64,000 nucleotides of DNA from the NCBI GenBank assembly GCA_041484445.1, contig JBGPHP010000001.1, forward strand, positions 4,150 to 68,149. The letters run 5' to 3'. The stretch comes from Gemmatimonadota bacterium (GTDB taxonomy: Bacteria > Gemmatimonadota > Gemmatimonadetes > Gemmatimonadales > GWC2-71-9). A model generated the notes under the pieces. The model was not told where the DNA came from and made no database searches. It saw nothing but the letters and a program-made list of their open reading frames with translations. The translations under genes were made by a program, and so were the position numbers. This document shows positions 9,170 to 17,523 of this stretch, piece by piece; position 1 is the stretch's first letter, and each line of letters begins with the position of its first letter.

Positions 9170-10960
9170 CTACGGCGCGCGCGTCACCGTGATGCCCCAC
9201 CCTTCGGGATCGTCCGGCGGATCGTCGTTCCAGTCGCCATAGGCGTGCGAGCCGTCCGTGTCGTAGTGCAGCACGTACCGGCCGGCGAGCAGTCGCACCG
9301 TCCCGTCGAACAGGCGATTCTTGCTCGCGCCGCCGGCGTGGGTCGTCGAGCGATACGTCATCTCCCACACCGTATCGCCCGTCGCGGCGTCCTCGATCCA
9401 CCCGTAGTCGGCCATTTCCCCACCGCTGGCTTCGCCGATGGCGTACACGCGGACCGTCGTCACCTGGTCGAGCGTGAACAGCTCGCGTTTGTGCTTGTCG
9501 CTCTTCACCCGCACGATCTCGGCGATGGCGTCGGCCGTGGTGCGCTGGAACGGGGCGACGACGCTCGAATCCACCCGGCCGCTCGCGGGGAAGACGCTCA
9601 CGCCCCAGTACTCGTTCTCCGGCGGGGGCGCAGCGTTCCAGTTGCCGAAGGAGTGCGACCCGTCGCTCTTGTAGTAGACGAGATAGCTCCCGGCCTCGAG
9701 CCGGAGGGTGCCGTCGTACAACCGGTTCTTGTCCGCGCCACCGGCGGCTTCGGTGTCTTCGTAGCGCATCGCCCACACGCGGCGGCGCGTCGTGGCGTTC
9801 ACGATCCAGGCGTAGTCGTCCATGTCGCCGTCGGGGGTACTGCCTTCACCCAGGGCATAGACCCGCACGTCCATCGGCCGCCGCAGCGTGAAGCCCGCCG
9901 AGCGGAGGGCATCGTCCCCGATGCCGGTGAGCGAGACGATCGTCTGCTCGGGGACCGGCTGCCACGCGAACGGCTTCACGGCGGCGCGACCGGCCGCGTC
10001 GGCGATGCGCAGCGTCATGCCCCAGAAGTCGGGATCGAACGGCGGCATGGCATTCCACTCACCAGGGTCGTGCGAGTCGTCGCTCACGAAGTAGGCGACG
10101 TACCGGCCGGCGGGCAGCCGGACCGTGTCTCGCACCATGCGGTTCTTGTGCGCGCCACCCGCATCGGCGGTGCGGCGGTATTCCATTTCCCAGACGCGCC
10201 GTCGCGTATCGGCGTTCTGGATCCAGCCGTAGTCGAACGCGCCGTCTTTCCGCAGCTCACCGATGGCGTAGACCTCGATGTCGGCGGGCCGCGTGAGCTC
10301 GAAGGCTTTGCGCGTCGAGGCGCTCGGGCCGTCGTCCAGCAGCGACAGCACGATCGACCCGGTGAACGACTGCGACGCGCTGTCCAGGTCGCGGTCGACG
10401 GCTACCCGGCCCACCCCGCGGATCACGATGCCGAGGTCCCGGTACGAGCCGTCGTCGACGTACGGTCCGCGGTAGCGAACACGGCCGCGCCGCTGGTCGC
10501 GACGCAGCGAGATCAGGTCCTTGAAGTCCCCGCTGTACGAAACCGACGTCGCCACGAAGGAGCCGAAGTGCGCCTCGTACACGCCGGCCGGGAGCCTGAT
10601 CACGCCGGAGAACCGCCGCAGGCCGTTGGGCGAGCGCTCGGTCTCGGCAGTCCGCAGGTCCCACACCACCGCGCGGGTGCGGACATCCAGAATCCACGCC
10701 GCGGCGGGCCAGGTGGTGCGGTCATCGTCGTCGCCCCATCGCCAGCCGTCCCGATCGCGGTCGCGCCGCGGTTCGGCGCCGGTCGCCTCGACCTGGAGCA
10801 CTTGCGGCGTGGCAAGCACGAACGCCGCGGAGCGGTGCTCCTGCGGCGTCAGGTCACGAATATCCACCAGGGCGGACTGAGCGCGAAGCGACGGCGTGCG
10901 CCAGACGGCGAGCGCAAGCGCCGTCAGGGCAGTCCGTTGCAGGATGACACGCGATGGCAT
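9170..10960 (-). CDS. Secreted protein built from four copies of an unrecognised ~100-aa module
   Basis: 596 aa with signal peptide MPSRVILQRTALTALALAVWRTPSLRAQS. Three clear modules and one degenerate module share DYGWI..VWEM..AGGA.KNR..GTVRL.AGRYV..Y..D.SH..WN..PP..P..WG. Confidence 0.8.
   Translation of the reverse strand: MPSRVILQRTALTALALAVWRTPSLRAQSALVDIRDLTPQEHRSAAFVLATPQVLQVEATGAEPRRDRDRDGWRWGDDDDRTTWPAAAWILDVRTRAVVWDLRTAETERSPNGLRRFSGVIRLPAGVYEAHFGSFVATSVSYSGDFKDLISLRRDQRRGRVRYRGPYVDDGSYRDLGIVIRGVGRVAVDRDLDSASQSFTGSIVLSLLDDGPSASTRKAFELTRPADIEVYAIGELRKDGAFDYGWIQNADTRRRVWEMEYRRTADAGGAHKNRMVRDTVRLPAGRYVAYFVSDDSHDPGEWNAMPPFDPDFWGMTLRIADAAGRAAVKPFAWQPVPEQTIVSLTGIGDDALRSAGFTLRRPMDVRVYALGEGSTPDGDMDDYAWIVNATTRRRVWAMRYEDTEAAGGADKNRLYDGTLRLEAGSYLVYYKSDGSHSFGNWNAAPPPENEYWGVSVFPASGRVDSSVVAPFQRTTADAIAEIVRVKSDKHKRELFTLDQVTTVRVYAIGEASGGEMADYGWIEDAATGDTVWEMTYRSTTHAGGASKNRLFDGTVRLLAGRYVLHYDTDGSHAYGDWNDDPPDDPEGWGITVTRAP
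9182..10309 (-). repeat. Protein-level tandem repeat: three modules with an exact 137-aa (411-nt) period
   Basis: Modules begin at residues 218, 355 and 492 of the 596-aa protein (KAFELT / AGFTLR / ELFTLD). A degenerate fourth copy lies at about residues 45-135 (nt 10556-10828). Confidence 0.8.
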
Positions 10961-11171
10961 GAGGATCCTCGATCGAGTGATCTCTGTTGGACAGCGAATA
11001 CAGGCCGTCGGTTGCGGACCGGCACCCCGGCTAAGTCAAGTTGCGTGCCTCGGGATGACGATCCGGAATACGCTGTCTGCCAACGATTTGATTCAGGAGG
11101 ACCCGGGCGACCTGTCGCGGTGGTGTGCGTGATTGGGACGCCCGGGTCCCGCAAGCGGACGGTTGGGAGGG

Positions 11172-11681
11172 CTATACGTAGCGAGCCAATGCCATGGCCG
11201 CGACAGCCAGCACGAGGAGGACTGCCACCACCTGGCCCGCCGACGCAGCTCGCAGCCGCAGTCCCTGCGCCACCGCCAACTGGGTATCGCGCTCGGCGGC
11301 AGGGGCCCGCGCGGCCGCCTCGGCGAGGACGCCAGCCCGCTGCATCGCGGGACGCACAATGGACACGCCGATCACGAAAGCGGCGATCGCCGCTGCCCCA
11401 CCGAGACCGAACGCCATGCCGGTTGCGGAATGCATGAACGAGGGCTGGAATCCGCCGGACACTCTCCAGAAGAGCCAGAACCCGGACAGGATGTTCAGGC
11501 CTGCGACCACCGGCATGATGGCGAGGAACCGCCGGCGGGCGAGGCCGGCCGCGACCTTGGCGCCATCAGGTCCTGCGTCGCGCACGGCGGGGAAGAGAAA
11601 GACAGCGGAGAATATCATGGTCCCGGCCCAGAAGACGCCGAGCAGGATGTGGACCAAGCGCATGACGAGCAACAGGAACAT
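11172..11681 (-). CDS. Integral membrane protein (4 TM), function unknown
   Basis: 169 aa starting MFLLLVMRLVHILLGVFWAGTMIFSAVFLFPAV, with four hydrophobic spans. Confidence 0.7.
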   Translation of the reverse strand: MFLLLVMRLVHILLGVFWAGTMIFSAVFLFPAVRDAGPDGAKVAAGLARRRFLAIMPVVAGLNILSGFWLFWRVSGGFQPSFMHSATGMAFGLGGAAAIAAFVIGVSIVRPAMQRAGVLAEAAARAPAAERDTQLAVAQGLRLRAASAGQVVAVLLVLAVAAMALARYV

Positions 11682-11787
11682 TACGGTAGCTCCCGTGGTG
11701 GAATGGTGAATGCCGCCGAAGAATAGCTGGTCCAGAGGGTTTTACCACCTCGCTGTCGCGGCAGCGCCGTGCTACCATTGTGCTCCC

Positions 11788-12081
11788 ATGACCGCACCCA
11801 ACGAGCGCCGGCGACCGCTCGATCGCCGCTCCATCCTCGATCGGCGCGGCGGCGCTCCGCGGCCGGAGCATCCGGCGGCGGACCGGCGCATCAACGGCGA
11901 TCGGCGAACGGCCGGCGAGCGGCGGCTGTCCATTCTTTCGGCGGGGGACCAGATCCGTGAGGCGCTGCGGCTCCTCACCCGTGTGGTAGAAAGCGGCTCG
12001 GCGCCCGATGAGGAGCAGCGCACGCTCGAAGCGGCGATGCTGCGGCTGCGGTTCGCGCTGGACCGGCTGGAAGAGTCCTGA
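11788..12081 (+). CDS. Small Arg-rich hypothetical protein with (D/E)RR repeats and a helical C-terminus
   Basis: ATG at 11788 gives MTAPNERRRPLDRRSILDRRGG...ADRRINGDRRTAGERRL followed by an amphipathic helix. GC3 bias is acceptable. No family recognised. Confidence 0.45.
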   Translation: MTAPNERRRPLDRRSILDRRGGAPRPEHPAADRRINGDRRTAGERRLSILSAGDQIREALRLLTRVVESGSAPDEEQRTLEAAMLRLRFALDRLEES

Positions 12082-12122
12082 CGAAGGGCGCAACCCTGGA
12101 CCGGCGGGCAGCATCTAAGGGG

Positions 12123-12365
12123 GTGACTGGCTACCCGGAGCCCCTGATGAGCGCCCTGACATTCACGCACGCCGGACCCGTGCATACGGGTCCCTGTCTG
12201 ACGCTGCCCGCCCGGTTGCACGGCCGGTGGTCTCCGGTGGGCACCGCCCGCGAATACTGCCTGCACGATCTGACCGGTAGTCCGCTCGGCACGATCGCCG
12301 CTCCTATGGCGCGTCCCGTCGTCGGCTCGTCCGCACCGACCGTCTACCTCCGCCGCGGCCACTAG
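12123..12365 (+). CDS. Small hypothetical protein (weak call)
   Basis: 80-codon ORF (GTG start, internal ATG at MSALTF). The only support is moderate GC3 and the strong hairpin 9 nt after its TAG. Confidence 0.3.
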   Translation: MTGYPEPLMSALTFTHAGPVHTGPCLTLPARLHGRWSPVGTAREYCLHDLTGSPLGTIAAPMARPVVGSSAPTVYLRRGH

Positions 12366-12374
12366 CAGCGGGCT

Positions 12375-12409
12375 GCGCCACCCCGTTCGCGATCGGAACG
12401 GGGTGGCGC
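12375..12409. terminator. Hairpin with a 14-bp perfect stem between convergent genes
   Basis: GCGCCACCCCGTTC (12375-12388), loop GCGATCG, then GAACGGGGTGGCGC (12396-12409). It lies 9 nt after the plus-strand TAG and 6 nt after the minus-strand TAA. The plus-strand side is followed by TGTTCGTTA. Confidence 0.7.
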
Positions 12410-12415
12410 TGTTCG

Positions 12416-13375
12416 TTACGGATTCACACTCGCCCCCATATTCACCACCTCGAAGTTGCTTCCTGCCACCTGCTTCAGGGTGTTGAGCTCGGCGTCATTC
12501 CAGCGGGCGTCGGGGGCTCCCGAGATGAACCAGTCCCCGCCGTTGTCCGCGACCATCATGCCGTAGGTCTTGAGCGCCTGCAGGATCACGCGCGCGCTCG
12601 GCGGGAAACCGGAAATGTCGAAGCTCGCCTTGAGGCGCACCCGCATCCCCATGGGCGGCCGGTTGGAGCTGGTATCGGCGCTCGCGTAGTGGCGTGCGGG
12701 GTACACATAGGCGCGTCGCGTGGTCTGGACCGTGAAACGCAACGCATGCCGGATCACACCCAGCTCCACCACCTCGTCGTAGCGGACCAGACCGGGAAAG
12801 ATCGGGAGCCCGGCCGCATCGGCCGACGTCCAGCCGTCGGGACGAACCGCGTTGGAGCCGAGATCGAAAATCGCCCCCGACCCGGCGGTCCAGTCGCGCG
12901 AGCGAGGTACCGGGTAGGCGGCGAACAGCTCGTACAGCCTCCAATAGTCGCGATCAACCACGAGCACGTGACGGTCGCCACCGGAGGAGGCCCCTCCTTC
13001 GACGGGTGCACCGGGTGGGATGGGATAGGGCCCCGAGTCGCTTTCGTCGGCGTAGTCGAAGGCCACCTGTACGCCAGGCGTATTGCCACTCACGACGACG
13101 TAGGGAATTCCGAACGGCCCGCCGTTGTAGTTGGCGCCGAAGTCGGGGTGAAGTCCCTTGGTGAGCCCGATGCTGGCGATCAGCGCGCTCGAATTGGGGT
13201 CGAGCGGCATCAGATCCACCGGCGTGTTCCAGAGATTGTCGCCGGGGAACGGGCGCCGGCCCTGTAGGCTGGCGTTGACTCCGAGACCGGGGTCGCTGAC
13301 GGACGCGGTTGGGCCGGCGGCGCGGCACCCCAGCGCCAGGCAGATTGTGACGAAGGCCCGTCGGGAAGGCGTCAT
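12416..13375 (-). CDS. Secreted hypothetical protein
   Basis: ATG at 13375 gives MTPSRRAFVTICLALGC, a signal or lipoprotein-like N-terminus. 319 aa with ordinary composition. No family name recalled. Confidence 0.7.
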   Translation of the reverse strand: MTPSRRAFVTICLALGCRAAGPTASVSDPGLGVNASLQGRRPFPGDNLWNTPVDLMPLDPNSSALIASIGLTKGLHPDFGANYNGGPFGIPYVVVSGNTPGVQVAFDYADESDSGPYPIPPGAPVEGGASSGGDRHVLVVDRDYWRLYELFAAYPVPRSRDWTAGSGAIFDLGSNAVRPDGWTSADAAGLPIFPGLVRYDEVVELGVIRHALRFTVQTTRRAYVYPARHYASADTSSNRPPMGMRVRLKASFDISGFPPSARVILQALKTYGMMVADNGGDWFISGAPDARWNDAELNTLKQVAGSNFEVVNMGASVNP

Positions 13376-13492
13376 ACTAGTGGAGATATGTCGCAGCGGG
13401 TGGAGGGGGGATGTGACCGTCACCACGGGGGCCCGGGCAGCATGCCGCGCTTCCAGACCTTCGCACGAAACCAACAGCTTACGGAGGCGTTC

Positions 13493-14038
13493 ATGAAGCA
13501 GCTTCATGCGACGGCGCTCACGGCCATGTGCCTGCTGGCGGCGAGCGCCTCACTCGTCGCGCAGGATCCGGGATACGGCGGTATGGGAGGGATGGGCCGT
13601 ACCGGCGGCTGGCGCGAGCGCGGCCGTCCGGAACGGGCGATGCCGACTACGGGCCAGCTCGAGGGGCCGCCCCTCCCGGACTTCTTCATCCCACGCTTCG
13701 AGCTCGACAGCGGCCAGGCGGGAGAATACCGCGTGGTCTATGACTCCTTCATGAGCGCCACCGCGGCGATCCGCGACAGCGCTCAGGCCGCTCGGCGCGC
13801 CATCGACGCCACACTTCAGGGTGGCGACCGCGAGGCCGCCCGCTCGAGCTTCCCCGTCCTGCGGGCGTTGGGAGATTCCCTCGTCAAAGAAGACGCGCGC
13901 TTCGACCAACGCTTGAAGAGTTTTCTCGCCGCGAGTCAGCTGAAGGCCTACAGGAAGTGGAAGGACGAGCAGCAGCGACAGGAAGAGGCGGAAGGTCGCG
14001 AGGAAATGGAGCAGCGCGGGGGACGGCGCCGCGGCTGA
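13493..14038 (+). CDS. Periplasmic helical protein with a Gly/Met-rich N-terminus and a charged C-terminus
   Basis: GGAGG lies 5 nt before the ATG at 13493. Signal peptide MKQLHATALTAMCLLAASASLVAQ. C-terminus KWKDEQQRQEEAEGREEMEQRGGRRRG. Confidence 0.7.
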   Translation: MKQLHATALTAMCLLAASASLVAQDPGYGGMGGMGRTGGWRERGRPERAMPTTGQLEGPPLPDFFIPRFELDSGQAGEYRVVYDSFMSATAAIRDSAQAARRAIDATLQGGDREAARSSFPVLRALGDSLVKEDARFDQRLKSFLAASQLKAYRKWKDEQQRQEEAEGREEMEQRGGRRRG

Positions 14039-14110
14039 GGGCCAGCCTTCGAGTCTGGCATCCCTTCGGCAACGTCCGTAAGTTGCCGGCCGGTCCCATC
14101 CGGAGAGTAG

Positions 14111-16570
14111 ATGATGCGATTCGCAGGCTCCGCCTTCCTCGTCGCGCTCGCCACCGTCGCGGCGCGGCCCTCGGTCGCGCAAAGCAACGCCGAGCGCATG
14201 GCGAACGATCACTATACGCGCTCGCACGACTACGATCTCGTGGACCAGCGCATCGCCCTGCGGGAGTTCGACTGGGACTCGACGTCGTTCGAAGGGCGGG
14301 TGGCCACGACGCTCGTCGCCCGGCGCCCCGGGCTCGACTCGGTGGTGCTCGACGCGGGCGCCAAGCTGCGCGTGACGCGCATCGCCGACGCCGCCGGCCG
14401 TACGCTGCGCTTCACGGCACACGGGGATACGCTGGTGGTGTTTCCTGCGGCCCGCGTCGCTTTCGGCGACACGACCCGGTTCACCATCACCTACCACGGC
14501 CGGGTGGAGAACGGGACCGGGCTCACATTCATTCAGCCCGAGGGCCGGGCGCATCGCCCGCGTCAAATCTGGAGCCAGGGAGAGGATCACAACAATCACT
14601 ACTGGTTCCCGACCTACGACTTTCCCAACGACAAGATGACGTGGTCGCTCGAGGCTACGGTGCCCGGTGGATTCACGGCCGTGTCCAACGGCAGCCTCAC
14701 GGCGGACCGCCGCAACGCCGACGGCACCCGCACCATGAGCTGGCGACAGGACAAGCCCAGCGCCACCTACCTCGTGTCGTTGATCGTCGCGCCGCTCGTG
14801 AAGATTCCCGACGCGTGGCGCGGCCTTCCGGTGGACTACTACGTCTATCGGGAAGACAGCGCCCTGGCCCGACGGTTGTTCCACCGCACGCCGGACATGA
14901 TCGACGTCTACTCGACGCTCACCGGCGTCCGGTACCCGTGGGCCAAGTACGCACAGACCACCGTCGCGGACTTCTTCGGCGGCATGGAAAACGTGAGCGC
15001 CACGACGCTCGTGGACTGGCTGCCCGATGCGCGGGCGTACGCCGACCGGCCGTGGTACGACTGGATCCTCATTCCCCACGAGCTGTCGCATCAGTGGTTC
15101 GGGGACTACGTGACGACGATGAACTGGGCCAACATGTGGCTCAACGAGGGCTTCGCCGAATTCATGCCGGGCCAGTACTGGGAAACCCGGCTGGGCCGGC
15201 ACGCCGCCGACGACTACTACCTGGACGAGTATCAGCAGTTCATGCAGATCGACGTGCAGCGCCGTATGCCGCTCGCTTCACTGGGGTCGAACAACATCTA
15301 CCCAAAGGGCGCCCTCGTCCTGCGGATGCTCCAGCACCTGCTCGGCCCCGAGCGGTTCTGGGCCGCCATCCACCGCTACCTGACCGACCACGCGTACGGC
15401 ACGGCCACGACCGACGACCTGCGGCAGGCCGTGCTCGAGGCCACGGGCGAAAACCTCGACTGGTTCTGGGACGAATGGATGTACCAGGCGGGATACCCGG
15501 AGCTCACCGTCACCGCGACGTACGATTCCGGCGCGGCGCGCCTCACCCTGCACGTGCTGCAGACCCAGCCGGACACCGCCAAGGCCGACACCACCGGACT
15601 CCGCATCACCACGCCGGCCGTCTTCCGCATGCCGCTCACGATCCGGATCGGGACGGCGGCGGGCGACGTGGTCGAGCACGCCCAGCTGGACCAGCGGGAG
15701 CAGTCGATCGCGATCGACGGGGTGAAGCGCGCGCCGACCATGGTCGTGTTCGACGACGGCAACGCCGTGCTCAAGACGCTCACGTTCGACCAGCCCACGG
15801 CCTGGCTCGCCACGCAGCTGGAGCGCGATCCCGATCTCTGGAACCGTCAGTGGGTGATCGAGCGCCTCGCCTCGCGCCGCGCCGACTCTGCGGCCGGGGC
15901 GGCGCTGGCCCGGGCGGCGGTCTCGGCGGACTACTTCCTGACGCGGGTGCAGGCGACGGAAGCACTCGACAGCGCACCCGCCGCGGTGGCGCTGCCGGCG
16001 CTCGAGCGCGCCCTGGCGGATAGCTCCGCGCAGGTCCGGGCCGCGGCTGTGACTGCGCTCGGCAAGATCGGCGGGGAACGCGCCATGGCACTCGCGCGCG
16101 GCGCGTGGACTCGCGATGCGAGCTACGAAGTCCGGGGCCACGCGCTGACCGCCCTCGCACGGCTCGACACTGCGGGCCGCCACGCGCTCATCGCCCAGGG
16201 CCTCGCCACTCGTTCCTACCGGGACGCCATCGTGAACGGTGCGCTGGGCGCGATCCTCGAGGCGAACGACACGACGTTCATTCCGCAGGTGGACAGCGCG
16301 GCCGGCAACGCCATCGAGCCGTCGTTCGTGCTCGCGATTCTCGGCGCCCGCGGCAACACCCGCGCGCTCGACCTCCTCGTGGGTCACCTGAACGACGACC
16401 GGGCCGGTGTGCGGCGGTGGGCGCTGATCGCCATCGAGAACGCACTCCCCCCTGAGGTTGCTCAGACCCGGCTCGCCGCGGTGCGCGACCGGCTCACCCA
16501 CCCCGACACGCAGCAGGCGGTGACGGAAGCACTCGATCGCTTGTCTAGAGGGAGCAGTCCGCACCAGTAA
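14111..16570 (+). CDS. M1 family aminopeptidase (aminopeptidase N-like) with C-terminal HEAT-like repeats
   Basis: GGMEN exopeptidase motif (FGGMENVS). Zinc motif HELSHQWFGDYVTTMNWANMWLNEGFAEF (HExxH-18-E). Signal peptide present. GGAG lies before the ATG. Confidence 0.92.
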   Translation: MMRFAGSAFLVALATVAARPSVAQSNAERMANDHYTRSHDYDLVDQRIALREFDWDSTSFEGRVATTLVARRPGLDSVVLDAGAKLRVTRIADAAGRTLRFTAHGDTLVVFPAARVAFGDTTRFTITYHGRVENGTGLTFIQPEGRAHRPRQIWSQGEDHNNHYWFPTYDFPNDKMTWSLEATVPGGFTAVSNGSLTADRRNADGTRTMSWRQDKPSATYLVSLIVAPLVKIPDAWRGLPVDYYVYREDSALARRLFHRTPDMIDVYSTLTGVRYPWAKYAQTTVADFFGGMENVSATTLVDWLPDARAYADRPWYDWILIPHELSHQWFGDYVTTMNWANMWLNEGFAEFMPGQYWETRLGRHAADDYYLDEYQQFMQIDVQRRMPLASLGSNNIYPKGALVLRMLQHLLGPERFWAAIHRYLTDHAYGTATTDDLRQAVLEATGENLDWFWDEWMYQAGYPELTVTATYDSGAARLTLHVLQTQPDTAKADTTGLRITTPAVFRMPLTIRIGTAAGDVVEHAQLDQREQSIAIDGVKRAPTMVVFDDGNAVLKTLTFDQPTAWLATQLERDPDLWNRQWVIERLASRRADSAAGAALARAAVSADYFLTRVQATEALDSAPAAVALPALERALADSSAQVRAAAVTALGKIGGERAMALARGAWTRDASYEVRGHALTALARLDTAGRHALIAQGLATRSYRDAIVNGALGAILEANDTTFIPQVDSAAGNAIEPSFVLAILGARGNTRALDLLVGHLNDDRAGVRRWALIAIENALPPEVAQTRLAAVRDRLTHPDTQQAVTEALDRLSRGSSPHQ

Positions 16571-16590
16571 GGAACCGGACGCGTTCGCCG

Positions 16591-17394
16591 TCAGTCCAGC
16601 GGGATCTCGAAGCGCGTCTTCATGACGATCCTGCTTCCGGCGCTCGTCAGCCCGAACCCGACGCCGAGGTTGATCTCGAAGCCTTCGCCCAGTCTAAGGT
16701 CCACCCCAGGATAGATCTGGTGGACCCGGTCCGCCGCGATCTCTCCGAGCTTGCCATAGTACTCCAGGCTCAATTCGACCGTGGGACTCACCGCGAACCC
16801 GACGCGTGCGCTGGGCTCGAACTCCCACTCCCCGGTGCGGGCTCCGCCGTGGGCCCGCAGGCCGCGCTCGAGGACGGGGTCGACATCGAACAGCAGCCGA
16901 CCGAGACGCCGCTCGACGATCGGCCGGATCTCGAGACCGATCGCGCTTTCGTCGTAGGCCGCGGGTGAGAACTCGAGTTCCGCCGCGAGACTGAGCCCGA
17001 CCGGCAGCCGCCACGCCTCCGGGACGCGCACCCGCGAACGGACGCGCGCCCCCGCGTAGCCGAAGCCCGGTCCCGGGCGATACGCCGACAGCAGATACGC
17101 GGCGACCTCCCAGTGGTCGGTCAGCCCGTGGGTGAGCTCGAACGCCAGGTGTCCCTGGTGCTCGGATGGGGCGACGGTGCCGTCGAACGCGCTCGTGCCA
17201 CGGGCGACGTAATTCAGGTGCGTGTCCAACTCCCACTCCCCGCGCGCCGCCGTGCGATAGCCGTACACTTCGATTTCGAACGGATCCTGGGCGGCGAGTC
17301 GACCGGGTAGGGTGATGGCCGCGAACAGCATCACCGCGATGCGAGCCACACGTGGGAGGGCTGGTTTCGATAGCACTGCGAGCGGTCCTCTCAT
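16591..17394 (-). CDS. Outer-membrane beta-barrel-like protein, uncharacterised
   Basis: ATG at 17394 (MRGPLAVLS...). Signal peptide ending AAQ. Alternating beta-strand pattern. The C-terminal half aligns by eye to the product of 28563..29042. Confidence 0.65.
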   Translation of the reverse strand: MRGPLAVLSKPALPRVARIAVMLFAAITLPGRLAAQDPFEIEVYGYRTAARGEWELDTHLNYVARGTSAFDGTVAPSEHQGHLAFELTHGLTDHWEVAAYLLSAYRPGPGFGYAGARVRSRVRVPEAWRLPVGLSLAAELEFSPAAYDESAIGLEIRPIVERRLGRLLFDVDPVLERGLRAHGGARTGEWEFEPSARVGFAVSPTVELSLEYYGKLGEIAADRVHQIYPGVDLRLGEGFEINLGVGFGLTSAGSRIVMKTRFEIPLD

Positions 17395-17523
17395 GGGCTG
17401 TTGCGAAACACGGGCGGCGACGAGGAACCCCAGTCTAAATGGGAGATTCCCAGCAGTCAAATATTAGATGAGAGTCGTTCTCAATGCACTGACGGCAAGT
17501 GCCACGGAACCGGTCCGTGCGTT

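Noticed and set aside
11099-11149. 11-bp inverted repeat GGACCCGGGCG ... CGCCCGGGTCC downstream of the membrane-protein gene.
   Set aside because: The 29-nt loop is too long and there is no T-tract. It is not convincing as a terminator or a regulatory element.
17461-17490. Possible Fur box in the AT-rich island downstream of the TonB-dependent receptor.
   Set aside because: Only about 8 of 19 positions match GATAATGATAATCATTATC by eye. I kept it only as a generic dyad observation.
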